DNA of 64,000 nt from IMG/VR virus record IMGVR_UViG_3300044719_000253, positions 32,001-96,000 of that record; one strand, written 5' to 3'. Below the pieces are notes generated by a model. The model saw only the letters and a list, made by a program, of their open reading frames with translations, did not search any database and was not told the DNA's origin. A program made the position numbers and the translations under genes. Each line of letters begins with the position of its first letter. Position 1 is the stretch's first letter. This DNA is from a virus (taxonomy: Duplodnaviria > Caudoviricetes). Shown here one piece after another: positions 24,151 through 33,427 of the stretch.

Positions 24151-26850
24151 TTAGATAGGAGTCAGTGTTGCCGGAGCTTTGATGATACCGAGCTGTGGCC
24201 AGGCATACTGCATATCGGCGCCGGATTGCGAGTACGGTGCCGAGATAGCTTTGACTTTGGTGTCGAGGGTGTCCATCCAGCCTTGCACCATAGCACACGT
24301 AGCGGTGACGATATTGGTGCCATTGTCCATTGGGGCCGGAATATCCGAGAAGAAATCACGGCGGACGAAAGCCCACTGGAAGCGTGCGGTAGTAACAGCA
24401 TCCAGATTGGCGCACGTGATATTGCCATTCACGTCCGTCATCAACGTCTCTTGGCCGTTTTGTGGATTGTTCGTCACCCATTCCGGCCATCCCGAATACA
24501 TCGGCGGGTCCGGCAGACCAGCGGCCGCATCAGAGACGGCGTCACCATTCGAGGCAATGCGATTCGAGTATACGAAGTTCTTCTCGTACCGACCTTTGGT
24601 GTAGTACAACGACAGCAAGCTGTCTTGGTCCATACGGTCGATGATGAAACGGATCGCGATATCGCACTTGGATGAACGTGCGCGCATGGCAGCCATGCAG
24701 CCAGTTTGACGCATCACCGCCAGCACGGCGGCGAAATAACCCGACTTGGAGTCGCTCAGACCACGGTACCACTTATAGCCCTGGAAGCCGTCGACACTGG
24801 TGCCGTATTGCACCGACACCGGTTGACCGAAGGTACGGATACCGATCATGGTCGGATCCATCGAGTTGTTGACCATGGCCGGTACATAAACCTGGTCGTA
24901 CACCGTTTCCAGTTCGACTTGCAGACGACGCTCGATGGTTTCCCGATCGATACCCGAAGCGTGGGTCGTTGCAGTTTTCCATGCGACCACTAATTGCCAC
25001 ACACGCCACGCATGCACGCGCGACAGGAACAGACCCGGCATGCAAGACGTCGGGTAAGCATCCCCCAACTGACCGCAGATGTGGGCGAACAGACGCATGT
25101 TGCCGCTGATCGTGTGCGCTGGGCTATTGCAGAAAATCGTCGCCAGACCCGGCGCCACATACGAGTGGTGTTGATCGACTTCCCAACCATGCCAGAAGCC
25201 TTTATGACCATCGCGCACCGGCGCCGGCCAGTTACTTTGGTTCGGCAGTGTCTTCAGCGCCACCGTGCGCGGCAGGCCACCCGCCGAATACGTGTTGTTC
25301 GAACCGTAATACGCGAAGCCGAATGAAATCGTACCGTCACGCATCCACTCTTTCGGCGGCATCAGCAGCTTTTGCACGTCCACCGTGAACATGTGGTGCG
25401 AGTGGTGGAAATACCCGTGGTTATATGCGTCCAGCATCGTGCGGTTTGGCACGTTACCTTTGAGGCGGAACCCGTTCGGTCGTGTGAAGTAACGTACGAA
25501 TGGCGTATGCAGCGCACCGCGGTCAGCGCGTGGTCCACCCGGGCCGATGTACCAGTCATGACCACTGATGGAGCCCGGCTCGACATCCCAGCCAGTGATA
25601 CCACCGTGGTGACCTTCATAACCGTGATAGGTCTTGACATCGTACAGATACGGGTCGTCGTAAGTTTCACCCGCATGCGGGTTGCCGTCGGTGTAATACT
25701 CCGTCGGCCACTGGGGCAGGCCGTACCATTGCAGCGTCGAGTTCCACTGGCCACCGTACGCCAGCGGGATGTTGCCGTTGGTGGAGGCACCAGCTTTGGC
25801 GATCGAGTCGCGCATGTAGTGGTCGGTCACGCCTGGGAAATACTTCAGCGCATTTGAGCTGTACTTCAGCTTGGCCGATTGCCAGAAGTGCCATTGACCG
25901 CATTGGAAGTGTGGCCGCATCGGCAATGGGTAACCCGGACCCCATCCTTGCGACAGGCTCGGATCGTTGATCGCCAAACCGTCACGCATCTCGAACGTCT
26001 TGAGAATTGTGCCGTCGGCTTTGCGCACTTTGATTTTGTACGGTTTCGGGAACGTGGTATCGCGATCGACGCGGAACGTGTCCGAGAACGGGTACGAGGC
26101 CCAGGTACCGTACGGCTTGTGCGAGATGATGATCTGGTGCACCGGTGTACCGGGACTTTCCAGATTCAGGCCACCGTGTACCGACAACATCGTGACGCCG
26201 AACTCGAACTTACCATACACGATGGTCTGCGAGCTTTGGGTCATGCGCACATCGCCGATTTCTGCCGCCAGTTCTGAGTCTTGGTAGACGAAGTCGTCGT
26301 TGCGGGTATCCAGATTGATCGACTTCACCAATTTGGGCGACGATGGATTCGACCAGTCTTCCAGTTCCACCGACCACGGCGCGTTAGCGTCAAGCGACGG
26401 TGCTACCGGACCGGTACCCGACGGCATACTGCGCGGGGCGGCGATGCTGATCGTGCCGAAGGCCATACCGGTTTTGGCGGTCGGGCTTTGGGTGACCTTA
26501 AAGTCGGCCGAGCTGTTGCTCAATCCCAGCGTACCTTGGATCCAGTGACCATTGCCTTCGATGCGCAACACGCTGGCGCCCGAGCTCAAGTCCTGCGCCA
26601 TGCGGATGGTCGCGTTCTGGATGTTGCCGAATTTAGCAATCTGACCGCCGCTCATACCCAGAGCACTCGCGATCGTCGCGCTGAAGAATTCCGTACCGGT
26701 ATCGAATACGGTGGTGGATGCGGGGTCCGCACTGCGTTTGCAGCGAATGGTCAGGGCACTCCCCAGCTGTGTGAGCAGAGTATTGCACCAGTCGACCTTG
26801 CTCACGGCTGCTGCCAGAGCAGATTGCAAACCAGAATCAAAAGTAAGCAT
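24151..26850 (-). CDS. large tail-associated protein: N-terminal adaptor-like module plus aromatic-rich putative enzymatic domain
   Basis: 899 aa. First ~140 aa resemble the C-terminus of 26915-30385. Remainder is W/Y/H-rich. Confidence 0.6.
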   Translation of the reverse strand: MLTFDSGLQSALAAAVSKVDWCNTLLTQLGSALTIRCKRSADPASTTVFDTGTEFFSATIASALGMSGGQIAKFGNIQNATIRMAQDLSSGASVLRIEGNGHWIQGTLGLSNSSADFKVTQSPTAKTGMAFGTISIAAPRSMPSGTGPVAPSLDANAPWSVELEDWSNPSSPKLVKSINLDTRNDDFVYQDSELAAEIGDVRMTQSSQTIVYGKFEFGVTMLSVHGGLNLESPGTPVHQIIISHKPYGTWASYPFSDTFRVDRDTTFPKPYKIKVRKADGTILKTFEMRDGLAINDPSLSQGWGPGYPLPMRPHFQCGQWHFWQSAKLKYSSNALKYFPGVTDHYMRDSIAKAGASTNGNIPLAYGGQWNSTLQWYGLPQWPTEYYTDGNPHAGETYDDPYLYDVKTYHGYEGHHGGITGWDVEPGSISGHDWYIGPGGPRADRGALHTPFVRYFTRPNGFRLKGNVPNRTMLDAYNHGYFHHSHHMFTVDVQKLLMPPKEWMRDGTISFGFAYYGSNNTYSAGGLPRTVALKTLPNQSNWPAPVRDGHKGFWHGWEVDQHHSYVAPGLATIFCNSPAHTISGNMRLFAHICGQLGDAYPTSCMPGLFLSRVHAWRVWQLVVAWKTATTHASGIDRETIERRLQVELETVYDQVYVPAMVNNSMDPTMIGIRTFGQPVSVQYGTSVDGFQGYKWYRGLSDSKSGYFAAVLAVMRQTGCMAAMRARSSKCDIAIRFIIDRMDQDSLLSLYYTKGRYEKNFVYSNRIASNGDAVSDAAAGLPDPPMYSGWPEWVTNNPQNGQETLMTDVNGNITCANLDAVTTARFQWAFVRRDFFSDIPAPMDNGTNIVTATCAMVQGWMDTLDTKVKAISAPYSQSGADMQYAWPQLGIIKAPATLTPI

Positions 26851-26870
26851 GTCTTATCCTAGTTGAGTAA

Positions 26871-26894
26871 CCCCGGGAGGTTTTCCTCCCGGGG
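26871..26894. terminator. GC-rich hairpin
   Basis: CCCCGGGAGG-TTTT-CCTCCCGGGG. Confidence 0.65.
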
Positions 26895-26914
26895 AGTTGA
26901 ACTACGTGGTTCGA

Positions 26915-29900
26915 TTAGCTCAAACCATCGATGGAACGATCCAGCGTCATCGAGAAGCTGATGCTCACGCCCGTACCCGGTGCCGGGTTATCGTTGATTT
27001 CAATCATCTTGCCCGACCCGGTCGGACCGACACTGCCCTTGATCGAGCGACTGTAATCAGCTGCGCCTTGCAGCTCAAAGTGCCAGGTACCAGAGGTGAT
27101 ATCTGCTGCGACCAGTGGATCAGTCGGGTCTGGGGTACCGGTGTTCACCGTGACATTGGTGCCGTCATCATTCGCCACCATTGGGGTCGAGAAGGTCATC
27201 GGCACCACCAGGGTATTTTCCTGGTAAATGTACAGACGGTACGGCGCAAATGCACTCACGATCGCGTTGGCACCCGCCATCCGCTTACCCGGCGACGTAG
27301 CAGCCGAAATCGCCGCATTGAATTCTGACGTGGTTTGGCTATCCATCGAGAACGGGTACACGGTCGGGTCCGGCATCACATTCACCACCACTTGCACTGG
27401 GGCGCTGGTGGTTTGGTTACCGGCGGCATCCATCGCCACAGCCGTGAATGTCAGTGTGCCGTTGTCCGAACTGCTCAACGTAACGGTGCACGTATAGGGA
27501 GCAACAGTCGAGCTACCGATTTTGAGACCATCGCGGTAGAAGTCCACCTCGGCCACGCCAACATTGTCCGATGCATTCGCGGTCAGCGTAATATTGCCGC
27601 TGGAGGAAACGGTGGCGGCAGAAGAGGCCAGCGACACGGCCGGGGGCGTCGTATCCGGTCCAGCACTTTCCGGGCGCACCGACGGGGTCGAGGTCGAACC
27701 CGTGGGCGGGAACGAATTGAGCGTCGGGTCAGGACCGTAGATGATCGTCGGCTGCAGGTTATCTGCCCAGATGCTGTTACCGCCCGACGTGTTGTAGGTA
27801 CCACGTTTCGGAATGATACCGCCTTTGGATTGATCCCAACCTTCCGGACCAATCGGACCACCAGTGTAGACCAGCTGGAACGGCGTGTCCATGATACAGT
27901 GATTGGGCGAAGCGGTCAGGAATACGCAGTCAATGAAATACACCGTGACACTGGTGCTCATCTGTTGCACGAACGTTTCACTGAAATTACCGCCCGAGTC
28001 GTTTTGTAACAGGCAGTTACGGAAGATGTATTCTTGCTGGGTGTTGGCGCCATCCTTGGAGATTTCGTGTCCAATACCGATCAGGTTGTTCTGACCAACC
28101 TTCGCATTCATGATGAAATACGAGTTCACCGCATGGAACACACCACCATCCGGGATGTCGACTTCCCGGCTTCCCGCGCCACTGCAATAGCAACGATCCA
28201 TCAACACATAGTCCGCACGGGTCTTGAAGTCGTGACCGTACTGAGAGTTGGTGAAGCGCGAACGCAGCGCATATACCCGATTGTAGTGTTGCAGGTAGAT
28301 GTTGTGCGATTGGCCGTCGGTACCGGCGCCATTGTGATCCAGCACGCAGTCCACCAGTTCAATGGTGTAGCCGTTGCTGATCCGGTTAGCCGGATCGAGC
28401 GTCGCCGACAGTACGCCATCCTGGCAATCATTGATGACCAGACGTTCCATGCGCAGATACTGCACACCCGGGTTGTGACGGATAGCGGCACCACTCAAGT
28501 CGAACGTCCAAGCCCCCACGAAACGCATGTCGCGCACCAGTACGTGACCCGCTTCGACGTTGATGATACCCTTGCCCCAAGCCAAGTGCACGGTGTTGTC
28601 CACCTTGAGGGTCGGCACCCCCGCCACGGCGGGATCGCCTGCGATGGTGTAGTAACCCGGATTGAGCATCGGCACCGTACATTCGCTCATCTGGCCCGAA
28701 CGGGTGACGTAAATCAAATCACCATCTTTGGCGGCCGCGCCGGCCAGCGCCATGGTGTCGTATTTGGTGTTACCGATACGTGCGATACCGGTGATCGTAA
28801 AGCCATTGTAATAACGGCTGTAGAAAAAGCCGGTCGACGAGTAAGTTGCTTCCAGCAGGTCAATCGCCGAACCCGCCGTCGAAGGAATCGGATCGACGTT
28901 ATTGCCGAATTTGTACAGACGGTCTTTGGTGACCTTATGGTTACCCGCCATGTCTTGCATCAGCACGATCAGGTAAGTCTGGCCCGAAATACCATTGACG
29001 ATCGGCGGAATGGTAAAGTCTGCGGTGAGTTTGATCGTAAAGACATTGGCGCGGGAACCATCCAGCGAGGTTGGGGTGATGGTGGTGGAGTCCGTGAAGA
29101 TCATTTCCGATGCACCCACACCACTACCATTGCCACTGCCCGAACCAGCGGGACCCGTGTCACCTTTTGGTCCTTTCAGGCTGGCCAGCCAATCGATCGC
29201 GGTGCCGGAAAAGCCATTGTCCACTGCCAGCTGATAGGCGCTCTTACCCGTCGCACCATTGGCGCCGTCAATGCCGTTGTTACCCGCCGGACCGGTATCG
29301 CCCTTGGCGCCTTTCAGGCTAGTCAGCCAGGCTTGCTCGTCACCAACGAAGCCATTGTCCACCGCGATTTGGTAAGCCGAACGACCGTTCGCGCCAGCAA
29401 CACCCAGGAACTGACCGGCGTTAAACCAACCACTGTCACCCTTGACCCAAATATCACCACTGATGACATACGCATCCCCGGTGGTGCCTGCCGGCAAACT
29501 GGCTTGATCGGTCAGCGTGCCGCGGATGGTAAAGCTGTGGCCGTCTTGGCCTTTGAGCGAATCCAACCAATCATTGGTGGTGCCGATATAGCCATTGTCA
29601 GTGGCAATTTGATAGGCGGATTTACCATCAAGACCGTTCTGGCCTTTCAGGCTGGCGAGCCAATCCGCTTCAGTGCCCGTGAACCCATTGTCGAGTGCGT
29701 GTTGGTAAGCGGACTTGCCATCGACGCCATTGAGACCGTCGTGACCATTGAGACCGGCCACACCTTGATCACCCTTGGCACCCTTCAAACTGGCCAGCCA
29801 CGCTTGTTCGCTGTCACCGTACCCGTTTTGTTGGGCGACCTCGTAAGCGCTTTTACCGCGCACACCCTGGAGACCATCAGCCCCATCCCGACCATTCGTC

Positions 29901-30385
29901 CCTTTCAGGCTGTTGAGCCACTCGACTTTTGAGCCTTGGAAACCGAGGTTGAGGACCGCATCTTCATACGCGCTGGCGCCGGTGCGCCCGGATGGGCCCG
30001 ATACCGTGACGACCCAACCTGTATCCGTGCCGGTACCGACGGTGTTGACCACATTCACCAGCAGCAGGGTGTCTTGGTAACTGACCACCGGACCGAACAT
30101 GACCTTGTCGCCGCCGCTATTGGCGACGGTGATGTACTGGCCTGGTTGGAAAGATTTGTCATTGGGGATGGTCAGCGATTGCAAACCCATGCCCACCGTG
30201 AGGGTGGAGGTGCTCTCGGCACCCAGCGTGTCGAGGATCTTACCGTAGATGCCGCCGATGGTTTTGGCCACGGTCGGCACCAGCCCGCCATCCGTGGTGA
30301 CCGAGGTATTGGCATCGCCGTGCAGAATTTGATGGAGCTTACCAAAATCGGCGATACCTTGATTAATCGCGTCATTGAGTGACAT
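26915..30385 (-). CDS. tail fibre/tailspike: anchor, six SAY..WL.SLKG repeats with collagen-like linkers, beta-helix domain, bacterial Ig domain
   Basis: GDANTSVTTDGGLVPTVAK anchor; G[AKR]SAY...NG[FY]...WL.SLKG x6; GKGII...GAAIRH...HNIY...GHDFKTRA beta-helix; DTTPPAV..ASDNVGV..AMDAAGN Ig domain. Confidence 0.85.
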   Translation of the reverse strand: MSLNDAINQGIADFGKLHQILHGDANTSVTTDGGLVPTVAKTIGGIYGKILDTLGAESTSTLTVGMGLQSLTIPNDKSFQPGQYITVANSGGDKVMFGPVVSYQDTLLLVNVVNTVGTGTDTGWVVTVSGPSGRTGASAYEDAVLNLGFQGSKVEWLNSLKGTNGRDGADGLQGVRGKSAYEVAQQNGYGDSEQAWLASLKGAKGDQGVAGLNGHDGLNGVDGKSAYQHALDNGFTGTEADWLASLKGQNGLDGKSAYQIATDNGYIGTTNDWLDSLKGQDGHSFTIRGTLTDQASLPAGTTGDAYVISGDIWVKGDSGWFNAGQFLGVAGANGRSAYQIAVDNGFVGDEQAWLTSLKGAKGDTGPAGNNGIDGANGATGKSAYQLAVDNGFSGTAIDWLASLKGPKGDTGPAGSGSGNGSGVGASEMIFTDSTTITPTSLDGSRANVFTIKLTADFTIPPIVNGISGQTYLIVLMQDMAGNHKVTKDRLYKFGNNVDPIPSTAGSAIDLLEATYSSTGFFYSRYYNGFTITGIARIGNTKYDTMALAGAAAKDGDLIYVTRSGQMSECTVPMLNPGYYTIAGDPAVAGVPTLKVDNTVHLAWGKGIINVEAGHVLVRDMRFVGAWTFDLSGAAIRHNPGVQYLRMERLVINDCQDGVLSATLDPANRISNGYTIELVDCVLDHNGAGTDGQSHNIYLQHYNRVYALRSRFTNSQYGHDFKTRADYVLMDRCYCSGAGSREVDIPDGGVFHAVNSYFIMNAKVGQNNLIGIGHEISKDGANTQQEYIFRNCLLQNDSGGNFSETFVQQMSTSVTVYFIDCVFLTASPNHCIMDTPFQLVYTGGPIGPEGWDQSKGGIIPKRGTYNTSGGNSIWADNLQPTIIYGPDPTLNSFPPTGSTSTPSVRPESAGPDTTPPAVSLASSAATVSSSGNITLTANASDNVGVAEVDFYRDGLKIGSSTVAPYTCTVTLSSSDNGTLTFTAVAMDAAGNQTTSAPVQVVVNVMPDPTVYPFSMDSQTTSEFNAAISAATSPGKRMAGANAIVSAFAPYRLYIYQENTLVVPMTFSTPMVANDDGTNVTVNTGTPDPTDPLVAADITSGTWHFELQGAADYSRSIKGSVGPTGSGKMIEINDNPAPGTGVSISFSMTLDRSIDGLS

Positions 30386-30409
30386 GTGAAATCCTTTGCA
30401 AATGCAAGG

Positions 30410-30916
30410 TTATAAATAGCCCTGGGACGGGAGAGTGATATTAACCAGTTCGCTCAGTAACGCCAGTTCGGGCGGCAGGTTAAAGGTATAATCCGCCGTG
30501 GTTTGCCCGTACCACTTGATCGCGGTCGGTTTAGCCACCAAAGCAATTTGACCTACGGTACCGATTTCCAAGACCGGCACGATGAAGGGTTCAAATTCTT
30601 CTGCCAGCAGATCAATCCCTTTGTTGGTACTGATCATGGCCAGAAACTCATCCGGGGTGATGGCGTCAGCGCTGACCACCCCGATATACCCCAAACCCGA
30701 CACCGCCAAGCGGTTATAGAACACGTTCATATTGCCACTGAACGAGCTATTCGGATTGGCACTCACTGTGACTTGGGTATTGCGACCCTGGTAGTCAACC
30801 ATGGTGGGGGCAGAAAACGTGACATCATCCACCGTCAAGGTGGTGTGATTGTCATGGTTAATCAAGTCGATCAATTCTTGCTTGGCCGTGATCGTCGGCG
30901 TGGAGGTAGTGGTCAT
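30410..30916 (-). CDS. phiKZ-like small virion/tail adaptor protein (paralog of 36830 and 37419 ORFs)
   Basis: LIDLIN..N...LT..DVTFSAPT...RNT.VTV.A...S.FSG..NVFYNR shared with paralogs. Confidence 0.7.
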   Translation of the reverse strand: MTTTSTPTITAKQELIDLINHDNHTTLTVDDVTFSAPTMVDYQGRNTQVTVSANPNSSFSGNMNVFYNRLAVSGLGYIGVVSADAITPDEFLAMISTNKGIDLLAEEFEPFIVPVLEIGTVGQIALVAKPTAIKWYGQTTADYTFNLPPELALLSELVNITLPSQGYL

Positions 30917-30990
30917 GAAACCCTCAAATAAATATTAATTTACCTCATGGACATACCATAATTCACCGCCCAAAGGTGACATATGCACAA

Positions 30991-31018
30991 CGGGTCAGGC
31001 GGAGATCCGCCTGACCCG
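30991..31018. terminator. GC-rich hairpin
   Basis: CGGGTCAGGCGGA-GA-TCCGCCTGACCCG. Confidence 0.65.
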
Positions 31019-31039
31019 ACTATGCTGTCATTCCGAGGG

Positions 31040-31531
31040 TTATGCTGCCGCCCAGTCCGTTACCGGCAACTGCGCGATGGTTTGGCGCTGCAAACTGCTG
31101 GCCAGCCACTGGACGGCTTGGTACAACGTGCCAGGGTCGAACCGCCATGAATTCGGCAAGCCGAGGGCGGCACCGACCGCTTCCGAACAGAACCATTTGC
31201 GCTTGTCATCCCCCACCACGCTGAACAGGAAGTGGATATTCCCGAGCAGGTCGTAGGGTTGGCCCAGATGGTCTTGGAACCACTGGCGCGCTTTGGCTTC
31301 GAACAGCTCGGCTGGCAGTTCGATACAATCCCAATGAGTGGGATCGAATTCGATTTGGGCAAAGCGCACCCCTTTATCGATGAATGACGAGGAAGCTGCC
31401 ATGCCATCACTAAATTGGATTTCGCAGTGCGAGTAAATCGATTTAGTCACCAGGCGCACCCCGTGGCTATAAATACCAGCCAGGCCGGGACGGATAGCCT
31501 TGTAAAAATACACTCGAATCGTTTTGGACAT
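31040..31531 (-). CDS. permuted papain-like (NlpC/P60-related) amidase/peptidase
   Basis: YSHCEI before GQPYDLLG...KWFCSEAV (His precedes Cys). Confidence 0.8.
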   Translation of the reverse strand: MSKTIRVYFYKAIRPGLAGIYSHGVRLVTKSIYSHCEIQFSDGMAASSSFIDKGVRFAQIEFDPTHWDCIELPAELFEAKARQWFQDHLGQPYDLLGNIHFLFSVVGDDKRKWFCSEAVGAALGLPNSWRFDPGTLYQAVQWLASSLQRQTIAQLPVTDWAAA

Positions 31532-31560
31532 GTTAGACCTTTTTTGATTATGCGTGCAGA

Positions 31561-32481
31561 TTAAAGCGTGTCGGCGTAGGTCACCGGCCAGCCTGTGGTG
31601 TAGTCATAGGTTTCAGGGGTATTGGAGGCCATCACCGCGTCCGCATGGGTCTTGGCGTTATTGAAGACGGCGGTTTCGTTGGCAAAGCCCGCACTGATCA
31701 CCGCGTGCAGGGTCCCGACCGTGAAGGGTACGTAATCCCCCGACATGGTTTTCCAACCCGCTTCCAGTACGTAATCGGCCGGCAACGCATTGCGGATGGC
31801 GATGCCGTCCATCAGTGCGTATTGCGCACGGCTGGCATCGTCAGTGTGGAACCAGTATGGGATTCCGCCCACCGGCACCTTCACGCCCCCGGCTTTGCGT
31901 TTATCGCGAATTTCCTTGATGCGCAGGCACTGGTTGATACGCTGCTGTGCCAGCGACAGCGGCGGGAATGGATTGACCAGCATTTGAGCAAAATCGACAC
32001 TGGGGCGCGCGATCGTATTCAGATCGAAACTGCGCAGGCTATCCAGTGCCGGTGGAATCGGCGGCCAGACCACATTGAACAAATCGGGGCTATTGGTAAT
32101 ATCGCGCAGCGCTTGGCGATATGCCGTGACTTGGGCTTGGGCCACCACATCCAGCATATTCCAACGGTCGACGCTCATCACGCTGTCCGAGGCCCGCAAC
32201 AGCGGATCACGCATCGAGCGAATCCAGGCCAGCACTGCTGGTTGGGCGGTGGCGATCGCGTTGTTAATGCTGTCAGGATCGACCCCCACCGCCCGGGCGC
32301 GTTCAATCGGCATGAAACTTACGCCTTGGTGGTTGGTAGCCCACAGGTAAAAGTGTTCGAGACTTTCGTCGCTCTGACCCAGCATGCCAGTGACGGTACC
32401 CCAGGTGTTATCGAGTTGGATCAAATCGTGCGCGACTTTAAAGCGCATGTCGCACACGAGGTACCAGGTTGCGTTAAGCAT
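31561..32481 (-). CDS. tail fibre assembly chaperone with C-terminal DUF4376-like domain
   Basis: RDPLLRASD...YRQALRDIT..PD...VWPP.P; second domain IRDKRKAGG...FHTDD.SR...WKTMSG. Confidence 0.75.
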   Translation of the reverse strand: MLNATWYLVCDMRFKVAHDLIQLDNTWGTVTGMLGQSDESLEHFYLWATNHQGVSFMPIERARAVGVDPDSINNAIATAQPAVLAWIRSMRDPLLRASDSVMSVDRWNMLDVVAQAQVTAYRQALRDITNSPDLFNVVWPPIPPALDSLRSFDLNTIARPSVDFAQMLVNPFPPLSLAQQRINQCLRIKEIRDKRKAGGVKVPVGGIPYWFHTDDASRAQYALMDGIAIRNALPADYVLEAGWKTMSGDYVPFTVGTLHAVISAGFANETAVFNNAKTHADAVMASNTPETYDYTTGWPVTYADTL

Positions 32482-32492
32482 GTTCTTTCCTT

Positions 32493-33404
32493 TTAAATCG
32501 GTGTGATAGTCACATACCCACCTGGCCCCACATTGATCGGGACGCCATTGGCCACATACGACATGGTGGAAGGGGCTGGACTGATGGTGGGTGCCAGTGA
32601 CCCGATCGCGCCCCCAGGGAGAGTTACTCCGGCCACGGTCACGGTCTGCCCAACATTACCTGGTACCACCGGGTTATAGTTGGCGTTACCCGGCGTATCG
32701 GGATTGTAGTTAGCATTCCCCGGTGTCGTGGGGTTGTAATACGGGGTGGCAGGGTAATACGGGTTGTAATACAGATTGCCACCGGTGGGTGGATTGTAAT
32801 TGGTGACCGGTGGGTTGGTATACGCGGGGGCATAGTTCCCCGGATTGGTGTTACCGGGCGTATAAGTTCCGGGATTGGTATACGCCGGATTGGTAATCGT
32901 ACAGACTTTATACGGTTTACCTAAATCGTCATACGAGTAACCGGTATCCCATCCAGAAGGGCAGTTCTGGGTCATGGCCACATCGACTTCACTGGTCGAC
33001 TCTGGCACATAGTTCCCGTTGGTGTACGAACCGGGATTGGTGTTGCCCGGGGTGTACGAAGCTGGCACGTAGTTGCCGGGATTGGTCACTGAATTCCCGG
33101 GCACCACCGGATTGTAACCGGCGGCATTGCCCCCGGAAGCCGGGTTGGTGCCGGCATAGTTACCCGGAATCGGAGCATTGTAATTCGCGATGTTGCCGGG
33201 GGTGGGTGGATTATAATTCGCCACCGTTCCACCCGTAGGTGCATTGCCCGAACCGCCGCGTCCACCCACTTTCACCAAACCACGCCCATACGGAACTTGA
33301 TAGGTTCCAGGCGAATTGAAAGTGGTGACGTTCTTGTTGGCGCGCAATGTCTTTTCATAACGTAACCGTGTTGACAATGGCATAATTACCTCAAGCGAAG
33401 GCAT
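32493..33404 (-). CDS. Pro/Gly/Asn/Tyr-repeat tail fibre tip or adhesin-like protein
   Basis: TTFNSPGTYQVP..GGRGGSG start; many YNPxxPGN/TNPG repeats; central CPSGW...C; lies between fibre and chaperone genes. Confidence 0.65.
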   Translation of the reverse strand: MPSLEVIMPLSTRLRYEKTLRANKNVTTFNSPGTYQVPYGRGLVKVGGRGGSGNAPTGGTVANYNPPTPGNIANYNAPIPGNYAGTNPASGGNAAGYNPVVPGNSVTNPGNYVPASYTPGNTNPGSYTNGNYVPESTSEVDVAMTQNCPSGWDTGYSYDDLGKPYKVCTITNPAYTNPGTYTPGNTNPGNYAPAYTNPPVTNYNPPTGGNLYYNPYYPATPYYNPTTPGNANYNPDTPGNANYNPVVPGNVGQTVTVAGVTLPGGAIGSLAPTISPAPSTMSYVANGVPINVGPGGYVTITPI

Positions 33405-33425
33405 GGGGTAACTACCCCATGCTTC
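33398..33425. terminator. hairpin between fibre and tip genes
   Basis: GAAGGCATGGGGTA-AC-TACCCCATGCTTC; overlaps the start of the downstream gene. Confidence 0.4.
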
Positions 33426-33427
33426 TG

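Noticed and set aside
28995-30000. CRISPR-like or DNA repeat array
   Set aside because: The repeats are degenerate protein-level SAY..SLKG units inside a tail fibre ORF.
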